From Callorhinchus milii (Eukaryota): DNA of 64,000 nt. The stretch lies in assembly GCF_018977255.1 (NCBI RefSeq), contig NW_024704742.1, positions 116,376,001-116,440,000 of the forward strand, written 5' to 3'. Positions 37,119 to 50,959 of the stretch are shown here, piece after piece. Below the pieces are notes generated by a model. The model was not told the origin of the DNA, made no database searches, and was given only the letters and a program-made list of their open reading frames with translations. Made by a program: the position numbers and the translations under genes. Every line of letters begins with the position of its first letter. Position 1 is the stretch's first letter.

Positions 37119-37395
37119 CTCCAAGGTTGTGTCCTGAAATTTCTCTTAATTATTTAACAATATTGCATTGTTGAAGAATGTATCCAGTGTGATTAGTCAA
37201 TAACTAAAGATGTCATCTGGCTCTTAACAACAGTTGGACTCAAAGTACAGCACTCATTGGCCCTATCACCCCAAGAATACACCAATGTAGTTGTTGGTAC
37301 TCCACTTTTTTGTTGAGATAAGTCAGTAAGTGCACTGCTAGTTTGAGAGAGAGCAGATCCAATGGGCTTTGGTGGAGTTGCAGAAAGTGTCACAC
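37119..37395 (-). pseudogene. Pseudo-exon CDTFCNSTKAHWICSLSN*...VLYFESNCC*EPDDIFSY*LITL...EKFQDTTLE
   Basis: 277 nt between ag and GAG|gtattt (phase 2 to phase 0) with many stops. Confidence 0.4.
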
Positions 37396-38896
37396 CTTAC
37401 ATTTGACCTCAATGGCCACAACGTTGTTTTCCTTTTATATACATAATTTCATGCTTTCAATGAGGAATTGAATAGTGGGAACTGTTCCTTGGCAGAAGAT
37501 TGATTCAGTTTACCTGGCGACTGTTAATTAAACTTTGGTCCACATTCGTAGCTGTTCCAAAATAAGTGAGGACATATAAACAATGAAAACCTATGCAATG
37601 AGATTTAACTTAAAAATGACAAGACAAAATAGCTCCAGGGTCTGGGTTTCATTTTGCTCTACTGTAAAGTAATTTGATCTACGATTGTGCAACCAGCTCA
37701 GACCTATTGAATTACATTATATTTTGCTTCTTGCGTTGAAAGGAATCTCACCAGAATCTCACCCTTGGTGTCTTGTTCAAGTGGCCATCCTTTCCGTTAC
37801 ATCCTATATACTGTAGTAAACGTCAATGGGCTATTCAACCATAAAGAGCATCACAGCCAAGTCCAGTCTCATTCACAGAGATCACATTCCTCCTCTCCCT
37901 AGCTCTGCCATCAAGCTCCACCACTGTGCCCTGAGACACTATCCTGCAGGAAGAGTGCTACATCAATGCAAGTTGTTGTTGTTGTTATTGTTGTCTACAT
38001 GTGAGCACTTTCCAGTAGGGTTCACTGGTCAATGATCTAGGAGAGGGAGCTATGCTTGATTCCCACCACCCGCCTGTCCACACACACATACTTCTTAAAC
38101 AAGGATACTGAGGCCAATTATAGCATCCTAGTAATGTCCTGTGTTAGATCAACTAAAAGAATATTTTAAAGTTTGTACCCACAAGTTACTGACTCAGTAG
38201 GGTTAGTCTGTTTTGTTTGCCAATAATGACAATGCAATGTTTCACGCGATTTGTGAATCACTACACTGAACTAACGGAGGAAAACAAACCCACACTTGAA
38301 TAGAAAGGGCATCACAGACATGGATAGGTTTCAGTGGAAATGAAGACTAGACTGATACCAGGAATTAAACGTTATACAGTAGTTATGTGGAGTGACTTTA
38401 ATATTTAGGACTGTCCTTCCAGGAACAGAGAAGATTTAGAGGGGATCTAAGCAAGGTTTTTAAAATTCTGAATGATTTTGTTATTAATTATAATATTAAT
38501 CCTTGAACTTGATATAACACCTTTGAATTCACAAGGCTGTCCCAAAGCACTTTGCAAGGATTTACTATGATGTGCAGTGACTGTGTCTTTTTTTGGAGGC
38601 AAATGCGGCAGTCCAATTTTGCACAGCAATGTCCCACAAACAGCCGTGAATTGAACAGTCCCATTTTATTTGTTGAACAGCAGGATTTAAGATGGTAAGG
38701 AAAGAAAGACTACTCCACTCCTCTTCAAGACAATAAATACAAGAAATAAATTGAGATTTATCAGAGACATCTACCAGAAGAAAAAAGAATATTTAGAAGA
38801 ATTTATTTTATTTTCACCCACAAAATTTACAGTCAATTCACTTTACAGTATATTCTGTGAAGCGCTTTGAGACATCTCAAAGATGTGATAAGGCAT

Positions 38897-39014
38897 TATA
38901 TTAAAAGCAAGGATTATTATTATTATATTACTACTTAGAGGATGGTTAAAAAGAGGCGTTATATTAAAAGCAAGGATTATTATTATTATATTATTACTTA
39001 GAGGATGGTTAAAA
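38897..39014 (+). repeat. Tandem duplication (~62 bp unit) of SINE tail plus flank
   Basis: tatattaaaagcaaggattattattattatatta.tacttagaggatggttaaaa occurs twice. Confidence 0.9.
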
Positions 39015-40407
39015 TGTACAATTTTACCACCAATGGTTGTTGAAGCCAAATACTAATGTACAATAATCCTTGCATTTGACATAGCACCTCATCACATCGT
39101 TGAGATGTCTCAAAGTGCTTCACAGAATATGTAAAGTGAATTGACCGTATATTTTGCAGACAAAATATGACAGCCAATTGCACACTGCAGTGTCCCACAA
39201 AGAGTCTTGGATTGAGCGACCACATCAGTATTAAGATTAATATTTTTGAAGAGATTATTATGCATAATAACATTTAAAGAGGAATAAATATGTGAAGACA
39301 AATATTATAAGCATTGGGAAAGACCAGGGGATTTCAATAGATAGCTCAAATGGGGGGGCTAGGAGCAGCATATGGGCTGAATAGCCCCCTTCTGTGCTGT
39401 AAACGTTCTATATTTCCATGATACCCAGCAGCAAAATGTCATTCGTGTCAGCGGCCTACAGATTTGAATCTTCCCAAGAATGTGTAGATGTGATGCTTGA
39501 CTCATTTTTCTTAGTGACTGTCCAACTACGAAAGCCTGCTCTTGTTATGCTTTTCCGCTGAATGTTAAAGAGCAGTGGGAGACCTTTGTTTTTTTCTACA
39601 TGACTTTGTTTACTGAGGTTGCGTGACTTCATTCTATAGAGCAAGTTATTTGCAACATTTACTTTACATTGCATGGACCTCCACAAAGGCACAGACATGC
39701 CACTTGAAAAAATTTCATGTACCCATGTCAATGAAATGTTTTATGCTCAAATGTCCCTGAGGGCTCACAGAAAACTTGCTGACCTTTAAAGCTTATCTCC
39801 TTCAAAACCAGCCACGACAACTACAAAGGCAAAAGAAATCTGCATGTTATATTGCTTTCATATGTGATCATAGCAGAAAAGCCATTGATAGAATCCCAGA
39901 ATATTACAGCACGGAAGGAGGCCATTCGGCCCATCGTGCCTGCGCCAGCTCTTTGAAAGAGATACCCATTCCCCCACTCTTGCCCTATACCCCTGCAAAC
40001 TTTTCCTTTTCAAGTACCTATCTTATTCCTTTTTGAAAGTTGTTATTGAATCTTTCCAAAAGGGTATTTTTTTGCACAAAAATATTCATATTTGGGGTGT
40101 TTGGTTTGATGTCTGAGGGATGAGGTTCAGTTTGGGTTCATGTTCAGATTCCGAGGTGCTGTCCTAACTTTCTCTTTTAAAGACTACATTTCCATCGTTT
40201 TCTGTGCTTAATCCAGATTTGTAGCGGCCCAAGTTTTTTTTCACTCATTTCATTTTAAATGTTTCCTTTGTTTACACATCTCGCCCGCCAGATAATAATT
40301 TATTTCTCTATGGAATATTTTTGCTACATTTTTACACTTTCTTGCTGTAGACCAACCCTCACGTGTATTTCCCTTTTATATTTTTCCAGTTTCTTAATGA
40401 TCTATTA

Positions 40408-40810
40408 TGTCAGTCTGGCTCAGTTGGTAGCATTCTTGCCTCTGCGTCAGATGTTTGTGGGTCAAAGTGTAACAATGGCTCTATGAACTCACATTGTAGA
40501 CTGAAACTCCAAGGCAGGGGTGGAGGAGCATTGCATTGTTGAAGCTGCTGTCATTCAGGTGAGACATTAAATTGAGGTCATGTAAAAATCCTATGGCATT
40601 ATTCGAAAGAGAGAGGTGTTTCTCCTATGTCCTGTCCTGGATAAAATTAATTATTCACACCATGGCTGTTAGCGGGAAATTGCTGTGCACAAATTGGCTA
40701 CCACATTCACCTACAAATACATTACACTTTACTGTAAATCCTATGAAGCCTCTTTGAGATGTTTTGATGAAGTCATAAGGCACTATATCAAATGCAAGAG
40801 TGATTAGTTT
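40408..40810 (+). mobile_element. Older Deu-type SINE
   Basis: gtcagtctggctcagttggtagca head through to tail. Confidence 0.75.
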
Positions 40811-41039
40811 TTATGGTATTTGAAAAGAGATGGATAGGATGCGCAATTTTTAAAATAACTTACGTTTACTTTATTTTGTAACAAATTCTGCATACCACAC
40901 TTACAAATAAGCTTTGAGCCCGAGTAGGAAATACTGTACATCCTATGTAAACAGGATGGAGTAACAAATTAGCCAAGTCTTATAAACATCAAAATGATTA
41001 AAAAGCTAACAATTTTACTCTCTTCATTTAGGGTCCACA

Positions 41040-41400
41040 TGTCTATCATCCATACCTGGCTTCACTGACTCCCCATTTCCCAGCAGATTGAATTCAAGAT
41101 CCTTATCATAACCTTCACATCCTTCTACAGGCTTGTCCCCAACCTTCCTCTGTGACCTCCTCAAAACCTAAAAACCCAGTTACTTCTTTCACCACTAAGC
41201 AGACACTGGCCTGCTTCACGTTCCCAGCCCCATCTGCCCCACCATTGGTGCTCAGGCTTTCAGTGTATCCGCCCTTGCTCTCTGGAATTCCATACCGGAG
41301 TTCCTTCAACTCACTCCTTCCCTCGCCTCCTTTAAGGTACAACTCAAGACCTTCCTCTTTGATTGCATCTTTGGCCATCTTTCTGTCTCTTTGCCTCCAC
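41040..41400 (+). mobile_element. L2 3' fragment
   Basis: QQIEFKILI and KTFLFD remnants. Confidence 0.75.
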
Positions 41401-41984
41401 ATAATACACTGTGTATTTTGTTGGTGAATGACCAACCAATTTGTACACATCAATGTCCCACAAACAGACATGAGGGAAAAGATCAATTTTATTTGGATTG
41501 TTGGCCAGGACACTGGGAAAAACTCCCTACTTTAAAAGAAGTTTCTATGTTCACTTACGTGGATGAGAACACTTTTGTGGCTGCAACTCAATCCTTACAG
41601 AAAGCAGAAGTACTTTACATAATGCAGTGTGAGTGGGCCTCACAAAACAATGTCATCTTTCTGGAAAATCATGCGAGTAATTTTAAGTAGAAGTCTTTTC
41701 AACTCTCATTCTTTTTCCTCTCACTACTTAGTGCCTTGGTGTTAGTTTGGCTCAGTCAGTCATGCTTTCGCCTCTAGGTCAGAAGGACCACATTCAAGTT
41801 CCGCGTCAGGTCCAGGCTGACAACTCGAATGCAGCATTCAGAGAGTGCTGCATCGTTGGAGGTACTGTCCTTTGATGGCATAGCTTGTCATTGATATCAC
41901 TGTCTGGCAAGTTTGCCCACTGTTTGTCCAGCTAGGACCATCCTTACCCATTAGGGCTTTGGCTTGCAGGGTTAATAGGAGCTA

Positions 41985-42147
41985 AGAGAGATGACTCCCT
42001 GCCCCCAGTGACTGCCGATGAGCCAGGCTGGCTGTGCTGACATCAGCAGTGCCCTGGAATACTGGAGCTGGATCAATTCTGACAGTCCATTGCCAAATAT
42101 GTCACCTTGGAGCCAGTTCAGTTACAAGGAGACCCCGTTTACTGTAG
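41985..42147. repeat. Unclassified interspersed repeat, copy 2
   Basis: Similar to 33715-33890; ends cccgtttactgta. Confidence 0.7.
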
Positions 42148-43249
42148 GGGGACCTGGAGCATGAATCTTGGCTAATATTCCCCCCCCTACCCCCACCCCA
42201 CCTGAGAAGGCCAAAGCCAATTTAGCCTCCCCTGGAATCCCAGCTCAGACCAGCAAACTCAACATGGAGCAGAATTCAAAACAGATCCTGGTCCATAAGC
42301 TGTAGTTCTATTTTATACACCACTGGGGCTGCCCCATGACTTAAAAGTTTAAGACTGAATTCAACAATTTGCCAAATTCTGCACACCCTTAAATGCTAAG
42401 AAAATAGAATAAATCTGGATCCAGGTGGAAGGTCTCCCCATTTATTTTGCAAGCAATTCAGTAGGCTTAAAAAGTATAGCGCACTTTAAGACATTTCATT
42501 GTGATGGGATGCTATATTAATTTTAGTATGCACATTTGTTACCAATTTAAAATACAGACACATGAGTCATCGGTGCCCACTGAAAGTTGCTGATAACTCC
42601 ATAAAGCAGTGAAAATCACATAAAATAAATGAAACTTAGAAATCAATATCAAAGACTTGTAAAAGAGAAGCTGATTGAACTGGAACTGGCTTTGCTGTAA
42701 GGAGGGAGAAGTATTGAATACCCATATTTTTAATTAGAATGCAATCATGCAATGCAACATAACAATATTTTTTAACAATGATCCTTATAATAGTCCTGGT
42801 GTTTGACATAGCGCCTTATAAATAACAATAATAGTTACATTTGACATAGCGTCTTTCATGTCAGGAGGATATCTCAAAGTACTTTTTTCATAGTCAAGAC
42901 ATCTCATGGGACTTCACAGGATGTATTGTATAGTGATATAACTGTGTGTATTTTGTTGGCGAATACGGTAGCCAATTTGTACATACCAATGTTCCACAAC
43001 ACCCATGGAGTGAATTATTTGGTGGATTGTTGACCAGGATAACTGAAAAAGAAACTGTTTCTGAATAGTACCTTGGGATCTTTAACGACTATTTGAATAG
43101 GCAGCTGGGACCCACTGCAGCCTTTTGCTTCCCTGTGATGTGTAAGATCCTATGCTCATGAGAGCTGTTATAATGTCACTGGATGCAATTCACTCCATAT
43201 TTGCATTAGGTCTTTGTTATATCCAGTCTTGATGTGAGTGATGTGACTC

Positions 43250-43825
43250 AGTGTGACTCCATTGGCTCCCTATCCTTCAGAGGATCCAGTTCAAGAACCT
43301 GGTCCTCACCTACAAAGCCCTTCTCTTCGACCATGCCATCAGTCACCCCCCTTCCTCTCCCCTTCCTTCTCCCTCCCTGACCCCAGCTCGGGTCTGAAAT
43401 GCTGTACATTGTCCAGCGCCTTGGAACATCCTCCCGACTTGAAAGACACCATACAAATGTAATAATAATAATAATCCTTGCATTTGATATAGCGCTTTTC
43501 ACGTCTTCTTGCTTCGCAGAATAATAATAATAATAATAATCCTTGCATTTGATATAGCGCTTTTCACGTCGGGAGGACGTCCCAAAGCGCTTCACAGAAC
43601 ACACTGTAAAGTGAATTGACTGTATATTTGTGGGCGAACGCGGCAGCCAATTGCGCACAGCAATGTCCCACAAACAGTCGTAGATTGAAAATGACCAATT
43701 TATTATTGTTTTTGGTTTTGGAGGGATTATTATTAGGTGTGTGGAGTAAGGAAACTTGCCCAAGGTTTCGCCCTGCCTGGAATTGAATCCAGGTGTCTCA
43801 CTGTAATCCTCTTGTTGTTGTTGAG
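43250..43825 (+). mobile_element. L2 3' end with antisense young SINE (43461-43800, double tail) in its tail
   Basis: L2 tail is split at tgtaat and resumes as tgtaatcctcttgttgttgttg. Confidence 0.8.
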
Positions 43826-44469
43826 TGAATGAATGAGATCTACAAAGTCATGTTGCCCAAATTGTGTAAGTATAGCATATCATAAAATAGGTGTTCTGTT
43901 TTCATCTAATACTCAGAGCACCGTTGTGAAAGTTGTAGGTACACTGTGCACCATGCACACACCTCCTTGAATGCACAATCATGCTCTGATTTCAGGTGAA
44001 ACTAGAAGATCCAATTGTGTGTGGTCGCTATGGGCTGGCTGCACGCACATTATATTTGCACATCAGTTACTAAGCAGACTCCGACTTGCACCAGTAACTG
44101 CAAACAGTAATTCCAATGTACCTTGTAGAGTTGTAGTATTAGGATGTATATAGAATTACTGATATTATTGTGTCAGCTTGTTAGGTGGCAGCTGATACAT
44201 TACCCCACCACAAGGCTATCAGATCGGACAGGTTTCAAGGAAACAGACTACTTTTATTCAGCGGCGCACTGGATATTTGCTGCTATGTGTGTAAAAGTGA
44301 TCCAGTTTCCTTGTATGGCAGAATTATTGTGAAATAATTTCTCTTTAAGCACTTGACTTTGAAAGGTTACTTAAATTTGAAATTTAGAGGACAAGTAGAT
44401 TGGAAAGAGGGTAACTGCAGTTAATTTTTCTGAGAATCAACGATAAAACAAATTTCATTGTAATAACAT

Positions 44470-44895
44470 TATACTACTTACATTTGGTATAGCACCTTTC
44501 ATGTCAGGAGGACATCGCAAAGTGCTTCACAAGATACACTGTAAACTGTAGTGACTGTATTTTGTAGACAAATGTGGTAGCCAACTTGTACACAGCAATG
44601 CTCCACAAACAGCCATGAAATAAATGATCAATTTTATTTGGAATGTTGGTCAGCCCCCGAGGAGTTTCTTTTCAAATGGTGCCTTGGGATCTTTAATGCC
44701 CTAAACAAGTGCACAGGACCTTGCTTTAAAGTCTCATCCAAAGGACAGCACTTCCAATAATGAAGCATCACCCCCCCCCCAGCACGGCATTGGAGTGTCG
44801 ACACAGACTATATAGTTCCAAGTTATAATGTGGGACTTGGACCAGCAGCCTTCTGACTCAGAACTGAGAGTGCTACCAATTGAGCCAGGCTGACA
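44470..44895 (-). mobile_element. Older Deu-type SINE, full length
   Basis: Head, Deu core and tail are recognisable. Confidence 0.8.
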
Positions 44896-45968
44896 CAAAT
44901 AAGGCAGAGACCATGCTTGTGGACAAATGTACTCAGAATCTGCAAATCCGCAGAATTAATGCTTGAGACTTAACAACTATGAACATCTGCTCTCATATTT
45001 CATAACACATGTAATACTTGTACTAAATGCATTCTACCCAGTTGTCATCAGACAAGCCGTTTGCAAGACTACCATACTCGTCATCTCATAACAGCTTTAT
45101 ATTCCTTTGGCATATAACATATAGCAACCTTCAGTGGAACAAAGCAGAGAAGATTTAAGTTGTTGTCATGGGCTACAGCTACAGGGCAAATTTAGATTCT
45201 GCAACGTATTTATCTACATCTGAACTTTGCATTGGGATTAGCATCGCACTGGGCTTAATATCTGGAATTTTTTTCAAACTAATCCCTCTACTAAGATGCA
45301 TTGACAGTGCTAGGGATTGTTTCTGTCAACAAACTGAAGTAGCTTTGAGCATTATTCGATCAGTGTTTGAATATACGGCATGCTCATTAACTGGGCACTG
45401 TACTCTAATGCTCTGTTCGGTATTCCAGCCCAGTTCTGGATTTGCATGCTGATTTTTGTGTCTGTGAAGAATATTAAGAACCATATGTACCTGTTGACTG
45501 TGTATCTACACCAGCACTCTAAATCTCAAGCCTCACACAACAATCCTAACTTACTGAGAATGTCAATCATTAAACAGTAGCATGAGTCTCATACTCCTGA
45601 AGTCATGACTGCTAATTCCAGATTAGAACCAGCTGACATCCACATACAACATCACCCTTCTTTCCTACTGTAAGATGAAGCTAAAGAAACAGAAAGTTGA
45701 AGACTTAAAACAAAACAGAAATATTAAGTGATGCAGTGGGTTATTGGGACGTCCTCCTGACGTGAAAGGCGCTGTACAAATGTAATCTTGTTGTTGTTGT
45801 TATCATTTTCATCTCTGGGATTTGTGGTTAAACCCAATGCAGACTGATAGGGTGAAAGCCTGCTTTCTCTCCTGGCTGCAATAAGGGTTCCTTGGATGTG
45901 TAGTGCATTTCGGCAGTCGCAAACCAGTTCCCATTCTGAGTACTGTCCCATTGCACAAAAATATATAA

Positions 45969-46615
45969 TGTGGAGTCCTGTAGCTTACTGGTTAGAGCAT
46001 TTGCCTCTCAAGCAAGAGACCTGGGTTTGGTTCCCAGCAGGGCAAAACCTTGGGTAAGTTTGCTTATTCCACACGCCTGATAATAATAATAATAATAATA
46101 ATCCTTGCATTTGATATAGCGCTTTTCACGTAGGGAGGACGTCCCAAAGCGCTTCACAGAACACACTGTAAAGTGAATTGACTGTATATTTGTGGGCGAA
46201 CGCGGCAGCCAATTGCGCACAGCAATGTCCCACAAACAGTCCTAGATTGAAAATGACCAATTTATTATTGTTTTTGGTTTTGGAGGGATTATTATTAGGC
46301 ATGTGGAGTAAGGAAACTTGCCCAAGGTTTCGCCCTGCCTGGAATTGAACTCAGGTCTCTCGCTTGCAAAGCGAGTGCTCTAACCACTGAGCTACAGGAC
46401 TCCACGAATATGATAATAATCCCTCAAGAAAAAAATAATAAATTGGTCACTTCAATCCACAACTATTTGTGGGACACTGTTTTACACAATTGGTTGCCAC
46501 GTTTCGCCCACAAATATACAGTCAATTCACTTTACAGTATATTCTGTGAAGCGTTTTAATATATCTAGAAAATGTGAAACGCGTTATATCAAATGCAAGG
46601 ATTATCATATTTATT
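45969..46615 (+). mobile_element. tRNA-SINE split by an antisense full-length younger copy (46080-46405)
   Basis: Head at 45969-46078, body at 46411-46615; tgataataat at both junctions. Confidence 0.88.
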
Positions 46616-47479
46616 ATAAGATACCCAAAACACAGCACAAGTTGGAACTATATTAGCTCTTTAGAGCTCAGCCTTAAAGAACGTTGTTAGGGTGACTAGA
46701 GAGAGTTTTATTCTGTGTTTGCCATGCTGCACCTAACATAGGAATACTTGGTGCTGACTCTTAGTCCAAAAAGCAGGAAGGACCTGATATCCCTCAACTT
46801 GATGAGCAGACAATCCATCAAAAATAGTTTTTTTAAAGCTTCACATTTGAAAGCCGTTCAGTTCACAACATCACAAGTCAACATCACAAAAGAAGGTCCT
46901 TCACCCTATTTGATCTCATATTTCATAGGCAACAAGAATATGTGTGGTGTGACATTCAGCTTCAAACAGCTGGGAATGAATGCTAGATCTGGCAGTGTTC
47001 ATGTTTTTTCCTATTTGCCAGATCCAAAGATTACCTATTGATTAAAAGAAAGGGATCGGAGCAGAGAAATTGCAGTCATGTAAAATTTCTTCTAAATCTA
47101 ATGTTCATTTAGACAAAATTTTATGGAAAAACTGCTACAATTTATTATCACCTGCGACAGATTCATTGTGAGATGACTGAGACCATTTAACCATGCAAAG
47201 TATATTCTATGAATATTAATTCAAATGGCCAAATTAAGGTCCCAAATGGTGCGAAATTAGTTGTGTTTTGTAACAATTATAATGTGTGACTAAACACCAC
47301 AAATTTCACCCAAACTTCTGGGAATATAGCAGCTCGATTGGGTAAAGAAGGTCATCAGGCCAATATGATCTCATCCTTTCTATGCATTTTTTTCCAGTTT
47401 CAGGATAGAAGTTATAATATCCTCTTTACTGTGGGTTAAAGTTGATACAATGCAAAAGACTATTCTATCAAGAATTAAT

Positions 47480-48090
47480 GATTTACATAAATTCTAACTC
47501 TTGTCCCTGGATGTCCAAAGAGCTTGACCGTCTCTATGATAAACCTGCTGTGAGGAAGAAGAAGAGTGAAAATTAGTTTAGCTCAATTCTGGGTGAGGGT
47601 GTGCCTAGATTTAGTTTCTGTAATTGAGGTAACAAATAAATATCTTATTAGGTTTATCCCCAATTATTTCCCACAATTTACTTCAAGGAGAAAGCAAGTC
47701 TTGTGGGGAATGTTCTCTGCTCAATATATTTCCTCCACAGCTATAGCTGGAGAAAACATGCGGCATGTGATGTGATACTCACTGTTGATAATTATTACAT
47801 TGGCAAGGAAAGGCATTAAAGCACATCCTTAATATCCATCTTTAATGGCAGGTTTGGCATTGAACACCACCCCCATGTCTCCGACTTTGGGAAAATGATT
47901 CTGCCCACAGGCTTTGAAGACTCAAGAACAGTGATAACAAGTTTGTTTTCAAGTGAGCAAGGAACCATTTCAGTGCTGCTTAACCAGATACTGGTTTCAT
48001 TTCAAGACACTTACTGATGCAGCATTATTGAAACATGCTCTTGTAGCCATGAATAATGTTGATCTGTGGTCCTTGATAACTAATACTGTA
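47480..48090 (-). pseudogene. Decayed coding block ACFNNAASVSVLK*NQYL / CH*RWILRMCFNAF / ACFLQL*LWRKYIEQR
   Basis: Several SFI1-like repeats with frameshifts. Confidence 0.55.
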
Positions 48091-48764
48091 TTATTTGGCT
48101 TTGGGGTGAAGGGGAGGGTTAAACTGTTCACTCCCAAACTTTTGTTCAGGGTAGGTTTCAACTGCATATTACATCTAGGTTATAATTACCAGATTATATA
48201 CTGCATCCCCCCTCTCCCAAATTGCCTTATATGGATTTAGGCCCCACCCATACAAATTGGGATTAAATTTTGGACTGTGTTGACCTGACTGATTTTAGCT
48301 GAGATTGCAGTGGAACTGGCTTATTGATAATTTCAAACCAGTCAGAACAATCATAATTATAACAATAATAATTATTTTCAGTTCATCAGCATTGCCTATG
48401 AAATAAATCTGTAACATTGAAATATTTCAAAGCACGACATGTGTAATTGCTCTACAGTTTATATGAATGTATACGTAATCAAACAGAACAGAACAGCCAA
48501 TTTACATACAGCAACGTCCCTCAAACAGTCATATAAAAATTACCAATTTATCTGTGGGATTTTTTGACTAGGACACTGGGAGAAACTGCCTTCTCTGCTA
48601 CACTCTCCTTTTCCATCAAGTAGACTTATTTTCAATACTAGCTTGAGGTTATCTTCATGATTATAAATAGAACATATTATTCATTGAGCAAGAATGGTCC
48701 TCGTGATAGTTTGTTCTTTTACCAGTTGCTGACATGATAATAAGGAGTTTCCCCTCTCATTAAT

Positions 48765-49220
48765 AATAATAATAATCCTTGCGTTTGATATAGGATCTTA
48801 TCACATCGTCGCAACATCTCAAAGCGCTTCACAGGATATAGTGTAAATTGGATTGACTGCATATTTTGTGGGCAGTTTGCGCACATGGGGTGTCCCACAA
48901 ACATCCATGAAGTGAATAACTAATTTTATTTGGGAGATTTGTTGGCCAACAAACTCCTTCGTCTTTTCAAATAGTGCCAAGGGATCTTTAACGTACATCT
49001 GTGCAGGCAGACGGAACCTTGGTTTAACGTCTCATCCGAAGGAATGCATCTCAAAGAATGCAATAACCCCGCAACACTGCATTGAAGTGTCATCTTAGCC
49101 TCTGTGATTACAATCCTGACATGGGGTTTGAGCCCACACAACCTTCTGACTCAGAGGCGAGAATGCTACCAACTGAGCCAGGCTACCAACTGAGCCTGGT
49201 TAGCACTGAGCCAGGTTGAT
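48765..49220 (-). mobile_element. Older Deu-type SINE with reiterated 5' end (actgagcc.gg x3)
   Basis: Full SINE; the head segment repeats at 49165-49220. Confidence 0.8.
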
Positions 49221-50218
49221 AGCACTTGTGCATACTGCTTTCGAGAAAACATATTCAGCCACTTTCACACAGAACAATGAAGATTAGTCCCATAACATCA
49301 TGAATGGCCATGCTTGGAGGATCTCGCCCTCTCTAGCGCTCACCATTATTAAAATTCAAATATTTATTTGACTGCAACTCCTGGTTACTACATCTGGAAA
49401 TCAGTTGTCAAGAAGGTGACAGTCAGTCCGTATCAGTTTGTAGCAATCACACCTCTGAGTCAGAAGGTTATGGATTTGAGTTGAGACTATCAGCTTACAA
49501 TCCACGCTGATATTCCTGTGTAGTATTGAGGAAAGTGCTGCATTATTGGACGTATTGTCCTTTTAATGAGACATTAAACAGAGGTCTCATCTGAATTCCT
49601 TTGAGACATCCTCCCATTGTGAAAAGAGCAATATTATATGCAATGATTATTATCTGCTTGTTCACTTGGGGTTAAAGAACCCATGACAATAATCAAAAAG
49701 AGAAAGGAGTTTCTATTGTTGTTCTGGACAAGAAATCCACAGATAAATTGTATCATTCACTTCATTGCTGTGTGCAAACTGGCTGCTGTGTTTGCCTCCA
49801 CATACATAATTGCCACTAAAGCACTTTTTAACACAATATGCGCTAAAATCAAATGCAAGATTTATTATTTAATTGCATCATGTTACAAAACTATTCTCAG
49901 TCCTAATTTTTTTTACAATAATGTGTAGGTACTAGCTAACCCTTGAAATAGCTGCTGAATCAGAAATGAATGCCTGGGTCCGCATTTAGCTTTGAGGCCC
50001 TTTGTGATATTGAGACACATCGGAAACAATGTAATAGCCCAGCTGTTCTTGATTTGAATACCTGTGTGATTTTATATGTAAATATTCAGTGCACAAGAGA
50101 TTTTCACATGCTGATGGCTGATATCTAGAGTATAATTTACATGAAGCACAAAACTCAGAAATGAAATGCAAATCAGATCAAGGGGTCGATTTTAACTGTT
50201 TGCATAAAAACAGCATAC

Positions 50219-50359
50219 ATATTGTTCAGCTCAAGGCTACATGGGAGTCCTTTTTTGTTAACACCTCCATCCCCTTCCCTCCTCCAAGTGCAAACCTTGA
50301 CATTTTCTTAAGCGTGTAATCTGGCCTTGGAAAGGTTAATGCCTTTTTTCTGTGCAAAC
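50219..50359 (-). pseudogene. Pseudo-exon FAQKKGINLSKARLHA*ENVKVCTWRREGDGG...
   Basis: gaaatttcag acceptor, AT|gtatgc donor, 141 nt phase 2-2, one stop. Confidence 0.5.
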
Positions 50360-50959
50360 CTGAAATTTCAATCTGTGGGGATGTTGTGACAGTCAGGGTG
50401 ATTAGTAGCTGGATGTTAACTTCTTGAACTGCCTTTTTCCCACGGTTCTGCATTCTCAGCTGTTTGGAGAAGTGATTGACCGCAAAGGATACTCATCAAT
50501 ATGGGATTTAATTTTTTTTAAATCAAAATTATTATTGCAAATAAAATCTCGGGGTTCAAAGCAAAAGTTGACCAATACATTGCATTGTTTTGAATGTGTC
50601 TTAATCATGTTATTATTTGATTTGTAATCCAGGTAGAGTATTGAAATTTGCTGCCCCTTTTTCAATAATAAAATGCCACCCCATTCATACTAATCTGTGG
50701 GTAGCTTCATTAATCAGGAAGTAGAAGAGTCATGTCTTTGGCCAGTACTAACCATCATTTACTGAGGTCCTGTCAGCCTTTTCTTCAGATGGATGTTAAA
50801 AAATCCCATAAAACTATTTGAAAAAAGGGAGTTTCTCCTGGTCTAGTAGCGAGCAATCCTCCAAATAAATGGGTCACTTACATATTGACTGTTTCTTGGA
50901 TTCTGCATAAAATCAATGCTAGGTTTGGCCGTAACACCAGACAGGCTTTAGCTGCTTAC

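Noticed and set aside
43830..45461. Additional candidate pseudo-exons (43830-44429, 45170-45461; also 2900-3451 and 9950-10102)
   Set aside because: Acceptor-like sites and a coding-like look, but motifs are too weak to list as features without an alignment.
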